From Thermoproteota archaeon (GTDB lineage: Archaea > Asgardarchaeota > Jordiarchaeia > Jordiarchaeales > Freyrarchaeaceae): a DNA stretch of 24,805 bases. Each line of letters begins with the position of its first letter. Positions within the stretch are counted from its first letter, which is position 1. Positions 1-9,673 of the stretch are shown piece by piece. A program made the translations under genes and the position numbers. Where the stretch lies: NCBI GenBank assembly GCA_029258835.1, contig JAPDJY010000040.1, positions 1 to 24,805 on the forward strand, given 5' to 3'. The notes beneath the pieces are model-generated. The model was not told the DNA's origin. It saw only the letters and a list, made by a program, of their open reading frames with translations, and did no database searches.

Positions 1-373
1 TTAAAACTTCTCTGCCGACCAGCACTTCCCCCGTTAGGAGTTCTGGCTCGACTGGAATGTACACGCGCACCGCTCCTACTGGGATGTATCCTCCCGCATG
101 GTAGAAGGAGGCTTGAGCTTCATATACTTCGAACTCCGATGAGCCGTAGAGTGGGTTCTCCAGCTCGGTCTTGAAGAGCGGGTTCAGCCCCTCAAACAGC
201 CTCACCACCTCGAGGTTTGGGTAGATCCCACCATCAAACCCGGTGTCAACCACTGCTGGGCCACGTGCCCTCCTCCTGCCGACGGTCAGGGCAAGGTGAA
301 TTACGGGGATGTCCGGCAGCTTTTCCCCGTAGTGTGTGTAGCCGTCCTCCACGAAGCTGTAAGAAATTTTCAC
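1..373 (-). CDS. Clan AA (retropepsin-like) single-domain aspartic protease, 3' end outside window
   Basis: Manual translation from GTG at 373: MKISYSFVEDGYTHYGEKLPDIPVIHLALTVGRRRARGPAVVDTGFDGGIYPNLEVVRLFEGLNP...PELLTGEVLVGREVL. Has the catalytic hhDTGF motif and the C-terminal hhGR(D/E)hL motif. GTGA overlap with the upstream stop. Absent from the ORF track because no stop lies in the window. Confidence 0.85.
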   Translation of the reverse strand, partial: MKISYSFVEDGYTHYGEKLPDIPVIHLALTVGRRRARGPAVVDTGFDGGIYPNLEVVRLFEGLNPLFKTELENPLYGSSEFEVYEAQASFYHAGGYIPVGAVRVYIPVEPELLTGEVLVGREVL

Positions 374-627
374 TCCTCCACCTCCTCGAGAACCCACGAG
401 CCAACTCTCCTGCCTCTATTTCTAGGAGACCTAAACCTCGGAAAAGCCGAAGTTCTGATTTTCCAGAGAACCGTCGGGTAGCCAGCCTCTCCACCTTCCT
501 CTCCAAGTCTCTCCTCAAGTATTCGCGAAATAAGCTCGCTTCTGCTCATCCTTGCCCGGCTGGCGGCCTCATCAATCTTTCTCAAAAGCTCCTCGGGAAC
601 GCTGATACTAATTTTCCTAGAGACCAT
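370..627 (-). CDS. Ribbon-helix-helix (CopG/NikR-like) DNA-binding protein with basic C-terminal extension
   Basis: MVSRKISISVPEELLRKIDEAASRARMSRSELISRILEERL is a canonical RHH pattern (alternating beta strand, then SRSELI). ATG at 627 is preferred to the 849 start because a TATA-like box sits at 660-665. Confidence 0.88.
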   Translation of the reverse strand: MVSRKISISVPEELLRKIDEAASRARMSRSELISRILEERLGEEGGEAGYPTVLWKIRTSAFPRFRSPRNRGRRVGSWVLEEVEE

Positions 628-630
628 TAT

Positions 631-666
631 ACCACCAAGTAACACCAAGTAATACCAAGATATAAG
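631..666 (-). promoter_or_regulatory. TATA box plus three 10-bp direct repeats (putative RHH operator)
   Basis: + strand accaccaagt/aacaccaagt/aataccaaga at 631-660, directly beside TTATAT (minus strand, 660-665), 33 nt upstream of the ATG. Confidence 0.6.
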
Positions 667-1400
667 CGTTACCAGAAAAGACTGTTGGTGGTGTGTGGCG
701 TCGTCGAGAAGAGGGTTATAGAAACTCGTAGGAAATAGTCTTCTCCACATTAATGCTGGTGGGCTCTTAATATCAACGGTCACTGTACAGACGCCGCTCT
801 TCGGCACCGTAATCGACTTCAACGCTTGGTTTGGCTCGCTGAGCAGCATAGTGTGCTTGATTAAAGGGGAATAATAAACACGGTAGGCGCTTCCCAGCGT
901 TCACGGGAGAGAAGTATGCTACCAGTAATTGATGGTTTTTCAGGTGGTAGCATAACTCTTACATCATCCTTCCTCATGTACCAATTCCGTCCACGAGGAT
1001 CAACTTATGCTTCTGAAAAACCCCTACGCATACTACTTCCCCGTTTAAAGGAGAGAATGACACTACACTATACTCTACCACAACGTACCACTCTAACTGA
1101 CGAAGCTTCAAATACCATTAGGATCACGATCACATCCTGTTTCGGCGTTGATCACTATTACTTTTACTTTTTTATTTTAGTTGCTGGGAGGGTGCTTGAG
1201 GCGAAGATAACCAACAAACCATAAATGTCTCCATTTTCCACCTTAAATTGCTGAGCGGTTAACGCCGTTAAACAATGCATGCTCAGCAATGGCTTGTTGT
1301 GGAGATATGTTAAAAGGTTTTCGAAGGCTGCCGTGGTTTAGCAAACATCTGAGTGCTTGCTGCCTGGAAAAGTTAAGGGAGGATTGGGCAAACAACGGTG

Positions 1401-1868
1401 GTGGGTTACTTAGCTTTTAAGGCGTGTTCGTCTGCGATGCCAACACCTGTAAGAGTCTAATGGCAGGGCTCATGTTCAGGAAGATGCTTGCCGACCGAAA
1501 AATTGAGTGGGTTAAGATGTGCTCTGGGGTGGCTTCCCTAGGATGGATGCATGGCTTCACAGGACGTCATCTTGCCGCCCGGGGGGAATCTAGGTTCCCG
1601 GGAGTACTGTTTCCCAAGGACGCCGAGAAGCATGGGAAGCTAATCGAAGAGGTACGCCTATCCTAACAATGGCCGGAAACCAGAAGGAACAGCTTAAACA
1701 TGGATGATGTTAAAGGAAAAGTATACACTCTGAAAGAGTGCGTTGGAGAGGGAGGAGACATAGAAGACCCTATGATGCTGAGGGGGATCCATCCGCCTAG
1801 AGGCTGAAATTAGGAAATGCCTAGGAAAACTAGTTGAGAAAATTTCATCGATGATGGGAGACGTGTGA
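1401..1868 (+). pseudogene. Low-molecular-weight protein tyrosine/arginine phosphatase (LMWPc/ArsC fold), decayed
   Basis: VFVCDANTCKSLMA is a degenerate CxxNxCRSxMA P-loop. In other frames: ILTM, KGKVYTLKECVGEGGDIEDP (DIxDP acid loop), EIRKCLGKLVEKI. Several frameshifts; catalytic Arg replaced by Lys. Confidence 0.8.
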
Positions 1869-2430
1869 AGCGGAAAGGTGTTGCCGCAACTCTCCTCATA
1901 TCCCTTAAGGGTCTGTTATGGCCGTTTCCTTCCCTCTAAAACCATCTTCCCTTACCATATTGTGGGGTCGAAACCAAAACCTTGCCTTTAACGTAAACGT
2001 GACACATACTATGATACCAACTTTCACTTAGACTTGGTTCAACGCAAACTTTACCTTTACATCCACGTCATCCGTCAACGTTTCCCTCATAGACTCAGAG
2101 AATTACGAAAGATATCGGAACCGGGGAAGAATAAAGGCCTCTTTAACGTGTTCGTAACAAGCACAAGTAACGTTTAGCGGAAGTTGCACAACCGGCAAAG
2201 CTGACACGTACCGCCTCGTATTTGAGGCCCTTCCTCTCTACTGCTACAGTGAACCTAACACTTAACAGGGAATTGTTAAGAGTTCTTCCCATCCAGTACA
2301 GACCTAATTTCATCGGTCACGTGAACCCTACGGAGGTTACTTGCCAGACAAGAAACAGTATGATAGCTTATAGGCGTGCTCCTGCCGGGCTTCCCTCCTC
2401 CCTAAAAGTGATGATTTTAGGGGAGGCTTG
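1865..2430 (+). pseudogene. Decayed secreted/membrane-anchored protein
   Basis: GTG overlaps the phosphatase TGA. KRKGVAATLLISL signal-like start, fragments with N-x-S/T sequons (NVT, NFT, NVS, NLT) and a hydrophobic tail; broken by stops and frameshifts. Confidence 0.35.
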
Positions 2431-2433
2431 ATC

Positions 2434-3650
2434 ATGGTAAGTGAAGGGTTAGGGATTTCCTGGACAGAATAGCATGTTCTTGGAATTGCCTGATGAGAAC
2501 GCGAGATTAACTTACCTCCCTTTTCCTTGAGGAATTCGAGAAGAAAAGAGAAAAGAAAGTAAATAGGCGTTTAGGAGGGGCATGAAAAAGAGGAAATCCG
2601 GGCTTCTGTAGTTGTCCCCGCCTCCTACTGGTGCATGTTTAACCTCCAAGAGCTGTTGAGGCGGATTATGTTCAGCTAACCGGTCATTCGCCCGGCTTCG
2701 AGAGTAAGGATCCTTCCATTTAAGAAGGAGGTTGGTTGTTGGGTTTCATAGTCCCCGTGATGGCTAGGTTTTTGTAGATGATTAGGCTGGTGCTTTGGGG
2801 GAGCGTGGCAAAATCGTCGAAAGAGGGCAAATCCACAAAAGCAACATTGTAAGGGTTTTGAAGGACGTTAGAGGGGGCTTGTTTGGCGTAGAGCTTTTAC
2901 GTTGGAAGGCTTAGACGCGTGGTAGTTAGTCCTTCAGATGTAAATCCTGAAGCGTTCCCTGAAATAGTGGATGAGCTCATTCCCTAGGGAGCTGAAGCCG
3001 GGGCAGACGTAACCATCGAAGGCGAAGTAGTCGATGCCAGCCCGGTAACCCTCCTCGACAGGGCTGACGGCGGAAAGGGAAGATGTCCCGCCAGAGTAAC
3101 CGACGAAGAAATGCCTGTCAGGCGGCCTCTTGGGATGGGCAAGCAGTCAAGGGGGCTCTGCTCAAGGCAAGTGGCAGAGTCCGCCTAATTAGTGGTTATA
3201 CCCGGAAGGAGTAAGCGGAGAAGTCGAAGTGATGGCCAAAGCCGGTGGGTGGAGGTCATCAGTAGAGGGGAGGCCGTCACGGAAAGGTATATTCTCATCT
3301 CCCAGCTACGCCCCGGAATGTCCTCTGTAGACGTGATAGTCAAGGGTTGCAGCTAAAAAACCTGAGAACATTCACTGAGCCACATGACGGAAGCCTCGGA
3401 GCCGCCGCAGACCTTTACGTAACGGGTGGAACAGGATGAACGCGCATAAGCCTGTGGGACGCACACACGAACTCCTCTCAAAAATCAAAGTAGGAGACCT
3501 GCTAAGAGTCAAGAACGCCTACACACGGAAGGACGTATTTGGACTACCTCAACGCCGGAAGCGAGCCATAATAGACGTCAACCCCCAGACACCCCAAAGA
3601 CACCGTCCCACCCGTAGAAGAATGCAAGGTTAAGCTGGAAGACCTTGTGA
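2434..3650 (+). pseudogene. rpa: Replication protein A (multi-OB-fold ssDNA-binding protein), heavily decayed
   Basis: GGGGAGG then ATG at 2434. Fragments across frames: IRLVLWG..KIVERGQIHKSNIVRVLK; ELKPGADVTIEGEVVDASPV..DRADGGKG; LISQLRPGMSSVDVIVK; LWD; KIKVGDLLRVKNAYTRK..IIDVNP. These are three tandem RPA-type OB folds. Confidence 0.78.
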
Positions 3651-3832
3651 AGAAGAACAGCAACCATAACTCCATCACTTCGACTCGGCTCAAACATTCT
3701 TAAATAAGCAGAAGCAATGAGGGCGACAGGTTGACGTGCACGCAGCCGCCGTCCCTGAAAGCCTAAACACCATTATCAGGATGCTGTAGAACCGAAACAC
3801 GTCCAAGCTACCTACAGTTCACAGCGCCAATC

Positions 3833-4342
3833 CTACTTTAAGGCTATCAGGACGCTCACCAGCACGGTGAAGACGGACATCAACAACCCGAGAATAGTGA
3901 AGTAGAGACGCAGAGAACGATAAAGCTCCTCAAACCTCCTATCCACAGCCTCGAACCTCTTGTTCACGTCCTCGAACCTCCTGTTCACGTCCTCGAACCT
4001 CCTGTTCACGTCCTCAAACCGCTTGTTTACGTCCTCGAAGCGCTTGTTTACGTCCTCAAACCTCCTGTTAACGTCCTCGAACCGCTTGTCCATGTAGCTT
4101 ACCAGCTCCTCGAACCTCCTGTCCATGTAGCTTACGACCTCCTCGAACCTCCTGTCCATGGCCTCGAACCTCTTGTTCACGTCCTCGAACCTCTTATCTA
4201 CTGCTTCAAACCTCTTGCTCATCGCCTCCACCAGGAGTTTTATGTCTTCCTTGGTTGCCAGGTTTCTCAGTGGGAGAGCCCTCTCAAGCTCCCTCCTGAT
4301 GAGCTCCAAGACCTCAAGCCTCGCAGCATCACTCAAACCCAT
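3833..4342 (-). CDS. Head-neck-coiled-coil stalk-membrane anchor protein (DUF1640/CCDC90/MempromCC-like)
   Basis: LATKEDI beta-layer neck motif, 13 (K/R)RFE repeats forming a coiled coil, C-terminal TM helix LYFTILGLLMSVFTVLVSVLIAL; GGAGGTGG RBS upstream. Confidence 0.8.
   Translation of the reverse strand: MGLSDAARLEVLELIRRELERALPLRNLATKEDIKLLVEAMSKRFEAVDKRFEDVNKRFEAMDRRFEEVVSYMDRRFEELVSYMDKRFEDVNRRFEDVNKRFEDVNKRFEDVNRRFEDVNRRFEDVNKRFEAVDRRFEELYRSLRLYFTILGLLMSVFTVLVSVLIALK
3920..4216 (-). repeat. In-frame coding tandem repeat: 11 x 21-bp and 2 x 33-bp units
   Basis: Near-identical units such as ctcgaacctcctgttcacgtc encode (K/R)RFEDVN; two 33-bp units encode RRFEE(V/L)VSYMD. Confidence 0.9.
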
Positions 4343-4417
4343 AAAGCCACCCTCCAGTATCTACTTTTAACAAGGAAAGTTTAAGCTTTTTGAATGTACG
4401 AATTACTGTTCTTTAGC

Positions 4418-5206
4418 CTACATGTGTCTCTTGGTGAACTCCTCTATTTTCTGGTAGTATTTTTCTCCTGCGACCATCCACAGGTTGTTGTGGTCTGCTC
4501 CCGGGATTATGAATAGTTCCTTTTCCTCTGCCCCGGAGTTTTCGTAGAGTTCTAGTGCCTCGCTGACAGGTATAAGGGTGTCGTTCTCGGCGTGGATGAT
4601 CAGGGTCGGCGTCTTAACCTTTCTTATCTTCGCCTTGTTTGACGCCTCCTTAAGCCTCCTCCTCAGGTTCTCTCTGACCCTTACTCCGAAGAGGTCTAGG
4701 AGTAGGGTGAAGGTGTTGGCGACGCCGCTCTCAACTATTAACCCTTTAATCTCGTCCTGGTAGTGGTATGCCAGCTCGATTGCTGGGACGCTTCCAAGCG
4801 ACCTCCCCATGATGAAAAGGCTTCCCTCCCCCTCACTTGCAGCCACCTCCTTGAACTTTTCGAAGACTGGGTGGGCGTCGCGGAGAAGGCTGGTTATCGT
4901 CGGTACCCCTCCGCTCACACCATACCCCCTATAGTCCGCCACGAAGAGGCTGATCCCCCTGCCAGTGAAGAACGGTGAAACGTGGTCATAGTCTCCAGCC
5001 GTTTCGCCGTTTCCATGGAAGTACAGGATGGAGGGGCCACTCCTCCCGCAAGGGTAAAACCTGCATCCAACCCTAACACCTTCCCCCACGTCAACCATAA
5101 CGGTTAGCCCACCGCTAGCCCCGAAATCCCTCCGAGGGTAAAAAATGAACCTCAAAACCTCGGGCCGGTCAAGGAACGACAAGTCATAATCATGCAAACC
5201 AATCAC
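4418..5206 (-). CDS. Alpha/beta hydrolase (ABHD13/BEM46-like)
   Basis: YFHGNGE, DYRGYG, GRSLG nucleophile elbow, IIHAENDTLIP (Asp), GADHN (His). Confidence 0.93.
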   Translation of the reverse strand: MIGLHDYDLSFLDRPEVLRFIFYPRRDFGASGGLTVMVDVGEGVRVGCRFYPCGRSGPSILYFHGNGETAGDYDHVSPFFTGRGISLFVADYRGYGVSGGVPTITSLLRDAHPVFEKFKEVAASEGEGSLFIMGRSLGSVPAIELAYHYQDEIKGLIVESGVANTFTLLLDLFGVRVRENLRRRLKEASNKAKIRKVKTPTLIIHAENDTLIPVSEALELYENSGAEEKELFIIPGADHNNLWMVAGEKYYQKIEEFTKRHM

Positions 5207-5303
5207 CCCCTGCGACGAAACCTAGTTTCACCCTCACGACCATTTCATGTAGAGATTTATGCCCATTTACGGCTGCCTTCGGCCGAGCACCCCGGAGGAG
5301 AAG

Positions 5304-6299
5304 TCATTTGTGTTCCTCCTTCAGGTAGGCGATGTGCTGCTTGAACATCCTTGCGAACTCTACTTGGTCTGGTGATGACGAGTGGACTTCTATCCGGGTG
5401 AAGCCCAGCTTAATGTACTCCTCTATCTTCGGCAGACAGTCCTCGACGTCCGTGCAGACAACCCACCTCTCGGTTATGGCTTCTAAGGGTAGCTCCTCCC
5501 CTTTCCGCTGGATTACCCTCGGGTCGCAGATATTCCCCGTGAAAGCCTCCCTTATCAGGGTTCCCCTCCACCTCCCAATCCTCCTCAGGGCTGCATCATA
5601 GTCTACATCGTAAGACACGAGGAACTCAACGCCCCTGTCAACCTCCTCCGGAATCCTGCCGGAAGCCCTCACACCGTCCTCGAACGATGAAAGCACGGCT
5701 CTCAACCTCCCCCTTGGAAGGGGGAAGGTGTAGAGGCCGTCACCTATCTCCCCTGCAACCCTCGCCATCTTGGGCCCGCTTGCAGCCACGTGAATCCTAG
5801 GAGGCGGATCAGGCCTAGTGTACAGCTTAGCGTTCAAGAGCCTGAAAAACCTCCCGTTAAAACTTACGAAATCCCCCTTCCAAAGCATCCTTATAACCTG
5901 CACGGCCTCCCTCAAAATTTCAACCCTTTCACGGTATGGGGGCCAGTTTAGGCCGAGGGGGATCTCGTTCATGGCTTCACCCGTCCCCACGCTTAGAAAC
6001 GCTCTGCCGCCTGATATGCGGTGAAGGGTTGCGAAGGACTGGGCGACTATCCCCGGGTGGTACCTTGAGAAGGGGGACGTGACGCCTGTCCCAAGCTTAA
6101 CCCTTCTCGTTACGGACGCTGCGGCGGCCAGCAGGATCCACGCCTGCGAGGACTGGGCCCCCGTATGGAACCAGGGGTGAAAGTGGTCACTGGCCGTCAC
6201 GAAGTCAAACCCTGCATCCTCGGCAGCCCTGACCTGTTTCAGCAGCTCCTCGGGAGGGTACTCCTCGGTTACAGCTCGAAAACCGATCTCCAACCTCAC
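5304..6299 (-). CDS. F420-dependent LLM-class oxidoreductase (G6PDH/Adf-like group)
   Basis: SDHFHPW, GTGVT, AQSFATL, GTGEAMNE, AASGP motifs; 331 aa. Confidence 0.92.
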   Translation of the reverse strand: MRLEIGFRAVTEEYPPEELLKQVRAAEDAGFDFVTASDHFHPWFHTGAQSSQAWILLAAAASVTRRVKLGTGVTSPFSRYHPGIVAQSFATLHRISGGRAFLSVGTGEAMNEIPLGLNWPPYRERVEILREAVQVIRMLWKGDFVSFNGRFFRLLNAKLYTRPDPPPRIHVAASGPKMARVAGEIGDGLYTFPLPRGRLRAVLSSFEDGVRASGRIPEEVDRGVEFLVSYDVDYDAALRRIGRWRGTLIREAFTGNICDPRVIQRKGEELPLEAITERWVVCTDVEDCLPKIEEYIKLGFTRIEVHSSSPDQVEFARMFKQHIAYLKEEHK

Positions 6300-6665
6300 C
6301 TATCAGCCCCCCAGCTCGCAGGCAGCCGTTTAACATAAGTATCTTAACAGGAGACGCTTAAAAAGTTAAAGTGGCTGTAAAGCCTTCCGTTCGGAAGCTG
6401 GAACCTATGTGGGTTTAAAGGATGGCATGCTTAGAAGGATGCCCCCGGCAAGTCATCGACGAAGAAGCTGGAGATGGAATATCTCCGGGTGCGCTGCCTA
6501 TCCTAGATGATGGAGTAAGGGAGGCACTTCAGCTAGTATGCTTTCCTTTCTTCATTCCTTCGTTTCCCTCGTTTAAACGCTTCAAGCCACTTAGCTACCT
6601 GAACAGTTGCATCCACGTACCTCCCGGCTGCATCAAACCGCTCTACGTCCGCCGTGCGGAGCTCG

Positions 6666-7788
6666 CCTCTAAGTGCTCCGCGATGGCTATGTAGAAACTT
6701 CGGCGGGAACCCCGACCTGATAACGATCGCCGGCGAGTCTGCTGGCGGCGTGAACATATACTCTCTTCTCACGTCACCCTACGCTAAGCAGGAGTACTTT
6801 GATAAGGGAAATCATCTCTTCCATAGAGCTGTAATTCAAAGCGCCGGGATAATCCCCCTGCCAAAGGAGGTAGCTGTCCTCTCCGCATACAACCTGCTAG
6901 TTAAGCTACTGGTCAAGCGGGGGATAGCAGACGGCACGTGTGAAGCCTTAGAAATGGTTATGAGGGCATCGGACGAGCAAATTAAAAGCTGGCTTATGGA
7001 GACGCCTATGGAGGAGCTCTACGAGGCTCTTAGAGCTGACGGAGAGCCGCCAAGTCTGCTAGCCATGCCGTCATCGTTCATGGACGGCCACGTCATAGCC
7101 AGAACCCGTACCTCAGCTGGTTAAAGGAGAGTACGTTAAGGTGCCAGTCATCATCGGCTGCTGCAAGGAGGAGATCAAGTACATGATGTCTGAAATGCTC
7201 TGCGACCCTGAACTCTACAGGAACGTGACGTTCGGCCACTACATACCGGAGAACATCTCAGAGTACCTAGACTACATACGTCCATGGCCTGACGAGCTCG
7301 CTCCCTACCTAGACTGGGTGCTAGTAGGCGCATACGACCTCATCGCTAAGGCAGGCTCCAAGGTCTGGGAGATAGTGGGCGTTGACATACCGGCGTACCT
7401 CATGAGCCTCCACCAGCGTGACGTCTACGTCTACAGGTTCTGCTGGAACCAGGAGCCTAAACCACTCAACCTCCTTGTTGGGGCATGCCATGGAAGCGAC
7501 ATAGCGTTCATATTCGGCAGCGTCGGGGAGGGTGAAGGCTTCCCACTCTGCAACCTCGCGTGGACTAGGGAAAACGAGCCCGGGAGGAGGGCGCTGTCGG
7601 ACGCGATGATAGCGTATTGGAGCAACTTCATGCGCTATGGAAACCTAGGAGACCCCGACGGCGGCTGCCTGTGGTGGGAGGGATTGCCAGACTGGGACAA
7701 CTACAGGGCTTGGTTCGGCTGTGAAAGAATAATATTCGACGCAGCAAACACGAGAGCAGTCATCTACATGGTCTACAGCATACTGTAA
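6666..7788 (+). pseudogene. Type-B carboxylesterase, N-terminally truncated and frameshifted
   Basis: RW..RNFGGNPDLITIAGESAGG, LFHRAVIQS, DGHVI; after frameshifts near 7095-7125, VPVIIGCCKEE, VYVYRF, GACHGSDIAFIFG, MIAYWSNF. The N-terminal part including the HGGG oxyanion motif is missing. Confidence 0.85.
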
Positions 7789-7795
7789 CAACCCC

Positions 7796-7823
7796 ACTTT
7801 TTTACTTTTACATTTTACATTTC
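7796..7823 (+). terminator. Archaeal oligo-T terminator
   Basis: acttttttacttttacattttacatttc about 10 nt after the stop codon. Confidence 0.55.
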
Positions 7824-8215
7824 TTGGTGGGCTGCGGGTCGCTAAGAGGTGGATGATGGTTGTAGCTAACCTTCAACGTTCCCACTGTCGTCCTCCATGC
7901 AGGCATCTCCTACAAGTGCTACGCCGCCTTCAAGCTGGGTGTTTTCCGAGGGATGAGGGTGGGCTGCTTTAAATGTTTAAACGTGAGAGGCCTGTCGAGG
8001 TGTAGCTATCACCCCGCGTTTAAAAGGTACAGACGGCTCCGTCATTCCTAAATTGGATCCCACCCGACGCGCGGTACGGGTAAGCAGCACACCCACGAAG
8101 CAAACCATGGCTTCATCATCGCCTCCACGGTTACAAACGTGAATTGGACGCCTGATCGACCATCAGCCGTGGCTCCTCCACTAGCCCTAAAAGTTGGTTG
8201 GAGGGAGGAGGGAGC

Positions 8216-9673
8216 CTAGGTGTGGGCGCCAACGGGCATGCCGCCTCTCGCATCCTTGAAACGCTTGTACCAGTACATTTTCGATATCGCCTTTGCCGCT
8301 CCTTGAAGGGAGGAGTAAACGGGGAGCCCCGCTCCTTGAAACACTCTAGCTATCGCCAACTCTGTTTCGTGATAGTAGCTGGAGTTCACCACCATGAAGA
8401 CCGGCTTCCCATGCTCTTCCACGACGTGCCTGCAGGAGCTGATCACCACATCAGCCATAGCCCCCATCCTATCCAGTCTGTTCCTTGCGTACGCATGGAA
8501 GGACTCGGGCTGTATCTCGATCACAACGCTGTTTACGTTGTTGTCCGAGGCAACCGCGTCCAACGCGTCAAACAACTTCCCCCTCGAGAAGGCCATCCAT
8601 GCGTCAAGCGGGTTCTTGATGCTTGACCCGGCGACCGGGATGAAGCTTCTAAGCCTCCTCTGCGTTTCCTCGTCGAACCGGGGAACCCTCAACCCGTACC
8701 TGGCGCATATGTCCGAGTACACGACGCTTGACCCGCCGGAGTTGGTCACTATCGCAACCCCCCTCCCCTCCGGAGGCTTAGAGTATAGGAAACCTACAGC
8801 CACGTCGAGCAAGTCGTCGAAGTCGTCGACTTGGATCACTCCTGCCTGCTTGCACAATCCATCCCAAACCTTCGCCGAGCCGGCTAGGGAGCCGGTGTGG
8901 AAGGCCGCCGCCCTGGCACCCTCCTCGCTCAGCCCACCCTTAAGGATCACCACGGGCTTCCGCATGCAGGTTTCCTTTAACAGCTCCAGCAACCCGTCCG
9001 TCTTCTTGAAGCCCTCCACGTACGCTAGTATAATGCTGGTCTTAGAGTCGTCCTTGAGGTACTCTAGGAAGTCCGCGAAGTCTAGGTCGCATGCGTTGCC
9101 GTAACTCACAACCTTGCTGAACCTGACATTTCTGAGGCGAGCCTTCAAGACGACCGTTACAGCCCTCCCACCGCTCTGTGACAGGAAGGCGACCGGTCCC
9201 GGCTCGTCGGGCTGGTCATGGCTGAACCTGAGCCCTGACTCCGGGCAGTAAACCCCCATGCAGTTAGGGCCTATGATCCTGAAGCCCCCCTGCCTGGCTA
9301 TCTCAACCAGCCTGTCCTCAAGGACTCTCCCCTCCTCCAACCCCGTCTCGCTGAAGCCCGACGTGAATATGTGAACAGCCTTAACCCCCTTCTCTGCGCA
9401 GTCCATGAGTATGTCGGGTGTCTGCTTGGCTGGGACGGCGACGACGACGTAGTCCACCCTCTCCGGTATGTCGAGCAGGCTAGGGTAGCTCTTCAAGCCT
9501 AAGACCTCATCGTAGTTCGGGTTGACCACGAACACCTTGACCCGTCCGGCTTCCACCATCGACTCAACATAGTAGCTCACGTTCCTCTCCGACGCGCCGA
9601 CTACAGCCACGCTCTCAGGGTAAAACACCTCGTCGAGACCAGGCACCTGCACCACCTCGAGCACCCGCCGCAC
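8216..9673 (-). CDS. acdA: ADP-forming acyl-CoA synthetase alpha subunit (CoA-binding protein)
   Basis: PESVAVVGAS, GFSE, IIGPNCMG, SQSG, SYGN, phospho-His motif HTGSLAG, NSGG, NPLD. No ATP-grasp beta domain. Confidence 0.9.
   Translation of the reverse strand: MRRVLEVVQVPGLDEVFYPESVAVVGASERNVSYYVESMVEAGRVKVFVVNPNYDEVLGLKSYPSLLDIPERVDYVVVAVPAKQTPDILMDCAEKGVKAVHIFTSGFSETGLEEGRVLEDRLVEIARQGGFRIIGPNCMGVYCPESGLRFSHDQPDEPGPVAFLSQSGGRAVTVVLKARLRNVRFSKVVSYGNACDLDFADFLEYLKDDSKTSIILAYVEGFKKTDGLLELLKETCMRKPVVILKGGLSEEGARAAAFHTGSLAGSAKVWDGLCKQAGVIQVDDFDDLLDVAVGFLYSKPPEGRGVAIVTNSGGSSVVYSDICARYGLRVPRFDEETQRRLRSFIPVAGSSIKNPLDAWMAFSRGKLFDALDAVASDNNVNSVVIEIQPESFHAYARNRLDRMGAMADVVISSCRHVVEEHGKPVFMVVNSSYYHETELAIARVFQGAGLPVYSSLQGAAKAISKMYWYKRFKDARGGMPVGAHT

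Noticed and set aside
628-849. N-terminal extension of the 159-aa ORF 370..849
   Set aside because: The RHH fold begins at Met 627; the extension spans the TATA box and operator repeats.
690-880. Possible MFS transporter C-terminal remnant (TPLFGTVIDFNAWF)
   Set aside because: Similarity too short to support without a search.
3920-4216. Possible CRISPR array
   Set aside because: Repeats are contiguous 21/33-bp in-frame units without unique spacers; this is a coding coiled-coil repeat.
8198-9104. Long plus-strand ORFs (142 and 236 aa) and similar ORFs opposite the HD, AOR, ligase, thrC and Fe-S genes
   Set aside because: Antisense shadows of well-supported genes, Ser/Pro/Leu-rich, with no motifs.
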